From: an uncultured Eubacteriales bacterium
GTDB taxonomy: Bacteria; Bacillota; Clostridia; Peptostreptococcales; Anaerovoracaceae
Direction: 5' to 3'
DNA: 64,000 nt
Assembly (NCBI GenBank): GCA_902773665.1
Contig: CACYFF010000006.1
Location: 34,801 to 98,800 of the forward strand
Shown: in pieces, positions 16,910 through 24,426 of the stretch
Layout: every line of letters begins with the position of its first letter
Position numbering within the stretch: the stretch's first letter is position 1
Translations under genes and position numbers: made by a program
Notes under the pieces: model-generated
What the model was told of the DNA's origin: nothing
Database searches by the model: none
What the model saw: the letters and a program-made list of their open reading frames with translations, nothing else

Positions 16910-19183
16910 TTATTCTACGATCGCGTTATACAGGAACGTTACGATCTGACCTCTGGTGCAGGGGTCATCTGCGCCGAACGCCGTTGCGGATTTACCCGCC
17001 GTAATGCCGTTCGCATACGCCCAGGCAACGGCTTTTGCATAATAGGCATCTTCCGGGACGTCGACGAAGGGAAGTTCTGTGTCGACCTCCGGTTTGCCCA
17101 GGGAGATCCAGAGCATCGTGATAAACTGTCCTCTGGTGACGGTCCGATTCGGGCTGAATTGCGTTTCGGAGGTCCCTGCCGTAATGCCGTTTTCCACTGC
17201 CCAGGCAACGGCATCTGCATAGTATGCACTCCCTGTGATATCCGCAAAACCAGAAGTCTTTTCGGGTGCACTCTTCCCACGTGCTGTCCACAGGAATGTT
17301 ACGACCTGGCCTCTGGTACAATCCTTTGCCGGGCCGAATTTGCCTGCAGATACGCCGGCAGTAATGCCGTTCTCCGCTGCATAACCGACTGCTTCCGCAA
17401 AATAGTCGGTAGGTTCTACGTCTTCGAACTGATTTGCCGCATCTACCGCAGCCTTCGGAACTTCGACCTGAACGGTTTCTCCGGTTGCGGGATCTGTTAC
17501 ATCGACCGTTACCGTATCCTTCGCGGGATCTTCGGTAGGTTCAGACGATGCCGCAGGAGTTGACGGTTCTGACGGTCTCGGCGTGCTGCCGCCGCTGTGA
17601 CCGCCGCCACCGTTTCCACCACTGGAAATCGCTTCAGTCTCGGTCTCGCCGCATACGCTGCAGGTCCTTGTCTGCTCCGTTCCGGCTTCATTTTTGAACC
17701 ATTCACCCCAGGAATGTTCGGTCAATTTGGCTATCGTCTTTGTTTCTCTGGAAATCTCCTCTTTGCATTCGCTGCAATAAATGACTTCATCGTAGGCGCC
17801 TTCTGCCTTACAGGTTGCCGCCACTTCGTTTTCCTTTACAGCTTCGGCCGGAGTGTGGGAAAGTTTTTCGATGGTCTTCTTTGTGCGGGAGATCTCTTCT
17901 TTACACTCGCTACAGTAAACGACTTCATCGTAGGAGCCTTCTTCCTTGCAGGTTGCCGCCACTTCGTTTTCCTTTATGGCTTCCACAGGCGTGTGGGCAA
18001 GTTTTTCGATCGTCTTCTTTGTCCGGGAGATCTCCGCATCGCATCCTTTACAATAGATTACTTCATCATAAGAGCCTTCTGCTTTGCAGGTCGCTGCTAC
18101 CTCGTTTTCTACTATCGAATCTGTCGGTTTATGTTCGACAACGATTGGAACTTTGTAATTTGTATCTTCTTTGTAGATAAGTTCCCCGTTTCCAGCTGTC
18201 GTAAAATCAAAATTGACGCCGGGACCATCAGTCACCCATTCAAAAAAGGTTGCGGTCGTGGAAAAGTCTTCCTTTAAGACTTCATGTTCACCGTGCTCAT
18301 CGCGGAAAATAAACTTATAACGGGTTCCATCGCCGCACTTTCCGGTGATTGGTTCATTCCCCCAGTCAGTCTCGTCTGCTGCATGCCAGAACAGGCCGGG
18401 GTCGCCTGTGTTGCCGCCGGTAACATGGATCGTAACGCTGATACGTGGACCATCATTAAACTTGATAAATAACTCTTCTTCTTTTGGTTCTTCTTCTAAT
18501 GTAATCGTTACGAATTCCGCAGGAAAAGCGTCAGGAGATGTTTTCGGATCCGGAGAGAACACGGGATTCAAATTACTCATTTCCTTATATTCTTCAATAT
18601 TGCGGACCTTCGTCCCTTTATTCGTGTTGCCTGCAAAGCAGATGGTCTTGTTATCCTCGTTCCAATTCCACCCATCCAGAATCTCACCTGGCTTGCCTGT
18701 TTCCTTGTCATATGTGTAGAATTCATAGTCCGGTTCTGCTATACCGACAAGTGTGATCTTATAGCTATTATAGATAACGGCTCCAGTGCCTTCTTTGTTA
18801 AAATTAATGTCAACAAGAGACCAATTATCCATGTTTTCAATACTGGGATCCTCAAGTCCACTCGGCAACGGCTGAACAGTACAAATATCGCCTTGAAAAT
18901 CTAAATCTGAACATTTCAGATGATGTTTCTCTCCACTATCGTCAACATAAAAGAATTCAAGCACATTACTGCTGCCGCCAGTGCTGCCTTCTATGAGATC
19001 TTTTGAATAATCATCGTCTGTTGGCAGAAAGATGACATGACCTTCGTCATCTTGGGACAGCCTGGTTTTTCGCCAATATAGACCAGGTTCCATAGAGCCT
19101 GAACCTTCCGCAAAGACTCCTACTGGCATCATGCTGAAGACAAGAATCATACAAATAATCGCTGCAAACAAGCGTTTTTTCAT
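16910..19183 (-). CDS. SLH-anchored cell-surface protein with three Cys-containing 46-aa repeats
   Basis: Signal peptide MKKRLFAAIICMILVFSMMPVGVFA. The ATG at 19183 has GGAGG 6 nt upstream, and the track start 19195 contains that SD. Three C-terminal S-layer-homology domains (FEDVEPTDYFAEAVGYAAENGITAG..., FADITGSAYYADAVAWAVENGITAG..., FVDVPEDAYYAKAVAWAYANGITAG...). Confidence 0.8.
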   Translation of the reverse strand: MKKRLFAAIICMILVFSMMPVGVFAEGSGSMEPGLYWRKTRLSQDDEGHVIFLPTDDDYSKDLIEGSTGGSSNVLEFFYVDDSGEKHHLKCSDLDFQGDICTVQPLPSGLEDPSIENMDNWSLVDINFNKEGTGAVIYNSYKITLVGIAEPDYEFYTYDKETGKPGEILDGWNWNEDNKTICFAGNTNKGTKVRNIEEYKEMSNLNPVFSPDPKTSPDAFPAEFVTITLEEEPKEEELFIKFNDGPRISVTIHVTGGNTGDPGLFWHAADETDWGNEPITGKCGDGTRYKFIFRDEHGEHEVLKEDFSTTATFFEWVTDGPGVNFDFTTAGNGELIYKEDTNYKVPIVVEHKPTDSIVENEVAATCKAEGSYDEVIYCKGCDAEISRTKKTIEKLAHTPVEAIKENEVAATCKEEGSYDEVVYCSECKEEISRTKKTIEKLSHTPAEAVKENEVAATCKAEGAYDEVIYCSECKEEISRETKTIAKLTEHSWGEWFKNEAGTEQTRTCSVCGETETEAISSGGNGGGGHSGGSTPRPSEPSTPAASSEPTEDPAKDTVTVDVTDPATGETVQVEVPKAAVDAANQFEDVEPTDYFAEAVGYAAENGITAGVSAGKFGPAKDCTRGQVVTFLWTARGKSAPEKTSGFADITGSAYYADAVAWAVENGITAGTSETQFSPNRTVTRGQFITMLWISLGKPEVDTELPFVDVPEDAYYAKAVAWAYANGITAGKSATAFGADDPCTRGQIVTFLYNAIVE
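17705..18121 (-). repeat. Three in-frame tandem repeats of 138 bp inside the SLH gene
   Basis: ENEVAATCK(A/E)EG(S/A)YDEV(I/V)YC(K/S)(G/E)C(D/K)(A/E)EISR(T/E)(K/T)KTI(E/A)KL, three times with a 46-aa period (aa 363, 409, 455). Confidence 0.85.
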
Positions 19184-19255
19184 AGGCGCCTCCATTTACT
19201 GTTCAATAAAAGATAATTACCCTTTTATTTTAAAAAAATTGAGAATTCAAAACGA

Positions 19256-19342
19256 TAGCCTGCCAGCATAGTGTTTTGCATATTGACAACAGATAGACAG
19301 TAATATACCATATATTTACATGTTATTTTTTACCAATTTGCA
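19256..19342 (+). repeat. Conserved upstream module, copy A
   Basis: tagcctgccagcatagtgttttgc + TTGACA, 17 nt, TACCAT + ataccatatatttacat. Shares 23-nt and 17-nt identical blocks with 20207-20290. Confidence 0.7.
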
Positions 19343-19383
19343 ATGCAAAAAGCATTGCAAATTGCATTGCGTTTATGTATAAT
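19337..19383 (+). promoter_or_regulatory. brnTA-1 promoter with overlapping perfect palindrome (candidate BrnA operator)
   Basis: TTTGCAATGCaaaaaGCATTGCAAA (19337-19361). TTGCAA (19355-60), 17 nt, TATAAT (19378-83). Confidence 0.55.
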
Positions 19384-19402
19384 CAAGAAAGGAGATTGCT
19401 TT

Positions 19403-19717
19403 GTGTTCGAACTGTTCGACCATGATCCATCCAACATCCTATTCGAGTGGGATGAGAACAAGGACGCTATAAACTTCGTAAAACATGGAATTCGGTTTAA
19501 AACGGCGGCAAAAGTCTTTTTCGATCCGAATAAGCTGATACGGGAAGACAGCAGCCATTCGAAAGAAGTACGGTTTAACGTACTGGGGAGAGCCGGAAAG
19601 ATCCTTTTTGTTGTTTGTGCTTTTCGGCAAGATTCCGTTATACGGATCATTTCCGCGAGAGTCGCAACGACATCGGAAGCAAGGAGGTATCAATATGGTG
19701 AAAATTTCGATGAATGA
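19403..19717 (+). CDS. brnT: BrnT-family (DUF497) toxin
   Basis: FEWDENKDAINFVKHGIRF...VIRIISARVATTSEARRY. GTG at 19403 lies 8 nt after AAGGAG. The track ATG (19343) lies upstream of the promoter, inside the operator palindrome. Confidence 0.8.
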   Translation: MFELFDHDPSNILFEWDENKDAINFVKHGIRFKTAAKVFFDPNKLIREDSSHSKEVRFNVLGRAGKILFVVCAFRQDSVIRIISARVATTSEARRYQYGENFDE

Positions 19718-19997
19718 TATCGGGAGAGAATTAAGCCCTGAAGAAATGAAAGAAATAGAACTTGCTGCAAGAAAAGAACCCGTATTTGATGAAGATAGTC
19801 CGGAAATGACAGCAGCGATGCTAAAAGAGTTCAAACACCAGAAACAACTCCAAAGAACTAAGAAAACAGCCTCGATCCGGCTTTCTCAGAAAGCGCAGGA
19901 TTTTTCCAAAAGTTATGGAAAAGGATATACATCCTTTTTAAGCAGACTGATCGATGCAGCATTGGACGATGAAGCATTAGTCAGGAAATGTTATTAA
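19695..19997 (+). CDS. brnA: BrnA-family antitoxin
   Basis: ATG at 19695 with AAGGAGG SD; overlaps brnT by 23 nt. The C-terminus SIRLSQKAQDFSKSYGKGYTSFLSRLIDAAL is an RHH-type BrnA signature. Confidence 0.75.
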   Translation: MVKISMNDIGRELSPEEMKEIELAARKEPVFDEDSPEMTAAMLKEFKHQKQLQRTKKTASIRLSQKAQDFSKSYGKGYTSFLSRLIDAALDDEALVRKCY

Positions 19998-20017
19998 CAC
20001 ACAAAACCCCGGAGCAA

Positions 20018-20207
20018 TGTAACCTGACCCAAAAAAGATAGACAAAACCGGGCATCACAATTAAGCGACCTGAGAGGACTGAACTCTGTATTGTACAGGG
20101 CTCAGTCCTTTTTTTGCCCTTGATGCGTTGATTGTTGTAATAGTCGATATGTTTTTCGAGTTCAGACTTAAACTCGTACCGCTCGCGCACTCACTGGATT
20201 GTACACT
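20018..20207 (-). mobile_element. IS3-family insertion-sequence remnant (right end only)
   Basis: The minus strand encodes the last ~37 codons of an rve-type transposase (YEFKSELEKHIDYYNNQRIKGKK/GLSPVQYRVQSSQVA) with a +1 frameshift in an A7 run (20109-20115). After 43 nt it ends ...GGTCAGGTTACA. No transposase body or left end is present. Confidence 0.6.
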
Positions 20208-20290
20208 AGCCTGCCAGCATAGTGTTTTGCCTGTTGACAAATGTTCATCGTCGACATACCATATATTTACATTAAATATTTACCATTATT
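20207..20290 (+). repeat. Conserved upstream module, copy B
   Basis: See copy A: tagcctgccagcatagtgttttgc, TTGACA, 17 nt, TACCAT, ataccatatatttacat. Confidence 0.7.
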
Positions 20291-20335
20291 GTCTACATTG
20301 CACAATTGACAATTGTAATACTTAAAGTTATACTT

Positions 20336-20631
20336 ATGACAAAGATACCCTTTCCACCCCCTATAAGTGTCGAGTGGGACGAATCTAAAAATCAGGCGAA
20401 TATCCAAAAGCACAGAATCAGTTTTGTTACTGCTGCACTGGTATTTGCAGACAACGATCGAATTGATATTATGATGCGGTTCACAGTATAGACGAGGACC
20501 GTTATGTCGCGATCGGCATGGTCAAGATTGTTCTATTCGTGGTGTACACGATGCGTGGAGATACGGTGCGAATCATCTCCGCCCGACTTGCCACCAAAAC
20601 AGAAAGGAAAATATATTATGGCCTCTACTGA
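20336..20631 (+). pseudogene. brnT: Second brnT toxin gene, disrupted by a 1-nt frameshift
   Basis: Frame 1 reads MTKIPFPPPISVEWDESKNQANIQKHRISFVTAALVFADNDRIDI and stops at 20491. The +2 frame continues YDAVHSIDEDRYVAIGMVKIVLFVVYTMRGDTVRIISARLATKTERKIYYGLY to 20631. Adding one T near 20470 (att-t-atg) restores a full BrnT. Confidence 0.65.
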
Positions 20632-20935
20632 AAAGATAACGATATATCCCGGACAGAAACCAACACCGGAACAGTTAAAAGAAATAGAGGAATCAGAAAA
20701 GTATCCTGTCGCACCAGACACGGAAGCACCGGAGCTGGAGCCTTGGCAATATGCAGAAATGGCGGAGATCGCCAGAAAGCGGCGCGCGGAAAAGGTGAAG
20801 CCGGTCATTGCCCTCCGGATCTCACCGGATACACTGGAAAAGGCGAAAGCAACAGGCAAAGGCTACACCGGTTTCTTAAGCCGGCTTTTGGATCAGGCGA
20901 TCAATGACCCTGAAATGGTCGCAAAATGCTTATAA
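20618..20935 (+). CDS. brnA: Second BrnA-family antitoxin (intact)
   Basis: MASTEKITIYPGQ...IALRISPDTLEKAKATGKGYTGFLSRLLDQAINDPEMV. The internal ATG overlaps the end of the restored brnT frame by 14 nt. Confidence 0.75.
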   Translation: MASTEKITIYPGQKPTPEQLKEIEESEKYPVAPDTEAPELEPWQYAEMAEIARKRRAEKVKPVIALRISPDTLEKAKATGKGYTGFLSRLLDQAINDPEMVAKCL

Positions 20936-20945
20936 TACACAAAAA

Positions 20946-20966
20946 CCCCGGAGCATTGCTCCGGGG
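20946..20966. terminator. Terminator hairpin between brnA-2 and the BKACE gene
   Basis: CCCCGGAGCattGCTCCGGGG, with a U-tract on the minus strand. Confidence 0.7.
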
Positions 20967-21014
20967 CGATTGCTTTTAGGTATTTGCTGTCGCTTCGACA
21001 GGCTCAGCGAACGC

Positions 21015-21845
21015 TTACGCTTCCAGCGGCTTGAGGCCCAGGATCTGTCTGGCTTCTGCCGGGGTAGCGACTTCGCGGTTCATCAGCTTCGCCATCTGGA
21101 CAACTCTTTCGACCATTTCGCCGTTGGACTTGGCCAGGACGCCCTTGGACATGTAAACGTTGTCCTCGAAGCCGACTCTTACGTGGCCGCCCATCGCGAT
21201 GGTAGCAGCAGCGATGTCCCAAGCGGTCTTGCCGATACCGGTTGCGGTCCAGGTGCAGCCTGCGGGGATGGAGGTGGCCATGTAGACCAGGTCTCTTACG
21301 GTAGCGGTCATCTGAACGCCCAGAACGAAGTCGAAGTGGATCGGGTAGTCGATGTGACCCTTCTTAGCAGCCTTCAGAGCCAGGTCGATCATGCCCTTAT
21401 CGAAAACTTCGCATTCGGGCTTGATGCCTCTTTCCTTCATGATATCGCCGAAGTTGTTGATGGTGTTGTCGGTATTGATGAAGATCTCGTCTCCGCCGAA
21501 GTTGCAGGTACCGCAGTCCAGGGTAGCCATTTCCGGAGTCGGGGTGATCTCGGTGGACTGGAGTCTTTCCAGGTCGGTCATGCCGACAGCGCCGCCGGTG
21601 GAGGGCTGGATGATGACATCCGGGCAAACCTTACGGATGGCGTCTACGCATTCCTGGAATCTGCCCTTGTCCTGGGTGGGCGTACCATCGTCCCATCTGA
21701 CGTGCAGGTGGATGAGGGCTGCGCCGGCATCGTAAGCGGATTTCGCTTCGCGAGCGATCTCCTCTACGGTGTAGGGAACGGCCGGGTTGTTTTCCTTGGT
21801 AACTTCTGCTCCGCAAATGCAGCAGGAGATGATCAATTTGTCCAT
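21015..21845 (-). CDS. BKACE-family enzyme (3-keto-5-aminohexanoate cleavage enzyme-like, DUF849)
   Basis: 276 aa. MDKLIISCCICGAEVTKENNPAVPYTVEEIAREAKSAYDAGAALIHLHVR..., a TIM-barrel BKACE signature. Confidence 0.75.
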   Translation of the reverse strand: MDKLIISCCICGAEVTKENNPAVPYTVEEIAREAKSAYDAGAALIHLHVRWDDGTPTQDKGRFQECVDAIRKVCPDVIIQPSTGGAVGMTDLERLQSTEITPTPEMATLDCGTCNFGGDEIFINTDNTINNFGDIMKERGIKPECEVFDKGMIDLALKAAKKGHIDYPIHFDFVLGVQMTATVRDLVYMATSIPAGCTWTATGIGKTAWDIAAATIAMGGHVRVGFEDNVYMSKGVLAKSNGEMVERVVQMAKLMNREVATPAEARQILGLKPLEA

Positions 21846-21927
21846 AGCTTTTTCTCCTTTTTATATCATAGATAAACTTTAGAACAGTTTTCGGGACATT
21901 TTTGATTTGCCCGCACAAATTAGTATA

Positions 21928-22773
21928 TCACAGATCCCGGTGGATGACCACCACATGTTTGCCGAGTTCCCGGAAGTGATCCGCGATCTCATTGGCACAG
22001 GCGACGCTTCTGTGCTGCCCCCCTGTGCAGCCGATCGCTACGACCAGGCTGTATTTGCCTTCCTTGATGTAGCCCGGGATGGTATCCACGGCGAGTCCGA
22101 CGATGCGGCCCACGAAGTTCTTCGCTAAAGGCGACTTCATGACGTAGTCCCGCACTTTGCGGTTGTTGCCCGTCAGTTTCTTTAAGCTGTTGAGATAGAA
22201 CGGATTCGGCAGGAATCTGGCATCCAGCACCCAGTCTGCTTCCTGCGGCACGCCGTGCTTAAAGCCGAAACTCTCCACGGTGATGGTGAAATTCTCTTCC
22301 CTCTCTCCCGGGTTGAGCCTCTGTTTGATCTCCGCATTCAGATCCGCGGTCTTAAAGTTCGACGTGTCGATGATGAACGACGCCTGCTTGCGGATCTCCG
22401 CCAATTTCTCCCGCTCGCTCTGGATGCCCTTCTGGATGCTGGTCTTATCCATGGGATGGCTGCGGCGGGTCTCCTTGTAGCGGCGCAGCAGCACCCGGTC
22501 GGACGCCTCCAGGAACAGGATGCGGTAGTCCGTGCCCGACTTTTTCAGATTATCCAGCGTTTCCTTCAGATCTTCGAAGAAGCTGCCCTGGCGGATATCC
22601 ACGACGAAAGCGGCTTTGTCGATGCCGGAGGTGCCGGATTCCACAAGGCTGATGAACTCCCGGATGAGACGGGGCGGCATGTTATCGATACAGTAATAAC
22701 CCAGGTCCTCCATGCAGTTTACCGCCTGGGATTTGCCGGCGCCGGAAAGGCCGGTGATGATGATGACTTCCAT
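21928..22773 (-). CDS. rapZ: RNase adapter protein RapZ (YvcJ)
   Basis: 281 aa. MEVIIITGLSGAGKSQAVNCMEDLGYYCIDNMPP...CTGGQHRSV. Confidence 0.9.
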   Translation of the reverse strand: MEVIIITGLSGAGKSQAVNCMEDLGYYCIDNMPPRLIREFISLVESGTSGIDKAAFVVDIRQGSFFEDLKETLDNLKKSGTDYRILFLEASDRVLLRRYKETRRSHPMDKTSIQKGIQSEREKLAEIRKQASFIIDTSNFKTADLNAEIKQRLNPGEREENFTITVESFGFKHGVPQEADWVLDARFLPNPFYLNSLKKLTGNNRKVRDYVMKSPLAKNFVGRIVGLAVDTIPGYIKEGKYSLVVAIGCTGGQHRSVACANEIADHFRELGKHVVVIHRDL

Positions 22774-22775
22774 GT

Positions 22776-23525
22776 CTACTCCTGTCTGAGGTTTACGATG
22801 CGGGAAAGGTCCAGTCCGGCTTCGATGGCGCGGCCGAGCGCCTCGTCGTAATGTCCCACATCGCCGGGAATGTGGGCGTCGCTGCCGATGATAAATGTCA
22901 CGTCGTATTTTGCCGCCTGCTTTATGCCTTCGACCGTAAGGCAGCCGTGGCGGTTGTTGATCTCCATCCAGGTGCCGTATTCCTCGCAGGCCTTTGCGAT
23001 CTTGGGGATGTCGAAATCCGCCTTGGCGCCGGGATGGCTCAGGATCTTGATCTTGTTATGTTTTACCGCCTCCACCACCAGCATCGTGTTGTAGTCCCGC
23101 TGGCGGGCGGCAGACCATCCTGTGTGGTTATATAAAAAGCCGGCAGCGTGCATCAGGCCGGCCCGCACCGGCGCTTTCCCGATGGTGCCGAAATGATAGC
23201 CTGCGATGACGAAATCCAGCTCTGCAAGTTCTGCCGGGGTCATGTCCAGTTCCCCGTCCGGGTTGATGATGTTCGCCTCCACCCCAATGAGGACCTCCGG
23301 CCCGCCCTCTTCCTTCGCGCGCTGCGTAAGAGCCGCTGCCTTCTCCTTCATTTCCGGGATCTTCGCCACTTTTAGACCGAAACCGATGTGACCCGGCCCA
23401 TGGTCCGAGATGCCCAGAACTTCCAGTCCGGCTTCTTTGGCCGCCTTCCAGTTGTCCTCGATATCGCCCTTGCCGTGGCTGTAGATGGTATGCGTATGCA
23501 GATCGAAGCGAAGTTTACTCTCCAA
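22776..23525 (-). CDS. PHP-domain phosphoesterase
   Basis: 249 aa. FDLHTHTIYSHGKG...GISDHGP...SDAH metal-ligand pattern. TTG start with GGAGG SD; overlaps the murB end by 11 nt. Confidence 0.7.
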   Translation of the reverse strand: MESKLRFDLHTHTIYSHGKGDIEDNWKAAKEAGLEVLGISDHGPGHIGFGLKVAKIPEMKEKAAALTQRAKEEGGPEVLIGVEANIINPDGELDMTPAELAELDFVIAGYHFGTIGKAPVRAGLMHAAGFLYNHTGWSAARQRDYNTMLVVEAVKHNKIKILSHPGAKADFDIPKIAKACEEYGTWMEINNRHGCLTVEGIKQAAKYDVTFIIGSDAHIPGDVGHYDEALGRAIEAGLDLSRIVNLRQE

Positions 23526-24426
23526 CGATGCGCACCTCCGGTTCCAGCATCACACCGGACTTGTCGAGCACGGTCTCCTGTACGACGCGCATCAGATCCA
23601 GCACGTCGGTCGCCGTGGCGCCGCCGTTGTTGACGATAAAGCCCGCGTGCATGGGGCTTACCTGCGCCCCGCCGATCTGCAGACCCTTCAGACCTGCATC
23701 TTCGATGAGTTTGCCGGCGAAATGCCCTTCCGGACGCTTAAAGAAACTGCCGGCGCTGGGCAGGTGCACGGGTTGCTTGCTGTTGCGGCGCAGCGTATAT
23801 TCCTTCATCCGGTCGCTGATGTCCATCCGGGAATCCGGCTTTAAGAAGAGCTTGACCCCGAGGATCACCTCGCCGTTTTCCATAAAGATGCTGTGCCGGT
23901 AACCGAGTCCGCAGTCCTCCGCCTTGCGGTCTTTTATCATGCCCAGATGGTTGATGGAAGAGACGGACAGCAGCACTTCCTTCAGTTCGTGATCGTACGC
24001 ACCGGCGTTCATGAAGACGGCGCCGCCCAGAGACCCGGGGATGCCGCAGGCAAATTCCAGGCCCGACAGGCCTTCTTCCGCCGCCATCTTCGCGAGTTTT
24101 GCCAGGCTCACGCCGGGCTCTGCAAACACGGTCTGCCCCTCGATGCGCACCCGGTCCATACCCTCTCCGATGCGGATGACCACCCCGTGGTAGCCGCCGT
24201 CTTTAAAGAGCACGTTGCTGCCGTTGCCCAGCACGAGGTACGGGATGTTCTTCGTGCGGACCAGATCCAGCACGTTCATCAGTTCTCCCAGACTTCCCGG
24301 TGTGACAAAAAGATCCGCCGCGCCTCCGCAGCGGAAACTGGTATGCAGGTCCATGGGCTCATATTCGGCCACCCGGTCCTCGTCGGTATAGTAAAAGAGC
24401 TGTTCTTTGATCTCCTGTATGTTCAT
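23515..24426 (-). CDS. murB: UDP-N-acetylenolpyruvoylglucosamine reductase MurB
   Basis: The ATG at 24426 gives MNIQEIKEQL...FRCGGAADLFV...LGNGSNVLF...AGSFFKRP. The track N-terminal extension to 24774 is antisense-like and overlaps the upstream gene. Confidence 0.9.
   Translation of the reverse strand: MNIQEIKEQLFYYTDEDRVAEYEPMDLHTSFRCGGAADLFVTPGSLGELMNVLDLVRTKNIPYLVLGNGSNVLFKDGGYHGVVIRIGEGMDRVRIEGQTVFAEPGVSLAKLAKMAAEEGLSGLEFACGIPGSLGGAVFMNAGAYDHELKEVLLSVSSINHLGMIKDRKAEDCGLGYRHSIFMENGEVILGVKLFLKPDSRMDISDRMKEYTLRRNSKQPVHLPSAGSFFKRPEGHFAGKLIEDAGLKGLQIGGAQVSPMHAGFIVNNGGATATDVLDLMRVVQETVLDKSGVMLEPEVRIVGE

Noticed and set aside
17705-18121. Regular 138-bp tandem repeats checked as a possible CRISPR-like array.
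   Set aside because: The repeats are contiguous with no unique spacers, are in frame inside a long ORF, and encode a conserved Cys-containing peptide. I noticed no direct-repeat/spacer array in the window's short intergenic gaps, and no cas genes are present.
19343-19402. ATG at 19343 as the start of brnT-1 (track ORF).
   Set aside because: It lies inside the operator palindrome and upstream of the TTGCAA/TATAAT promoter. GTG 19403 follows AAGGAG at proper spacing, and BrnT homology begins just after it.
19981-20190. 69-aa minus-strand ORF as a small protein gene.
   Set aside because: It is the frameshifted C-terminal fragment of an IS3-family transposase (…ELEKHIDYYNNQRIK…) read through into the terminal repeat. 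It is annotated as an IS remnant instead.
14337-20966. Recurrent AAAACCCCGGAGCA... sequences (14337, 20005, 20946) as a possible dispersed repeat.
   Set aside because: They are short GC-rich terminator stems with different loops. The 20005 copy is just the truncated homolog of the 20946 terminator within the duplicated brnTA cassette.
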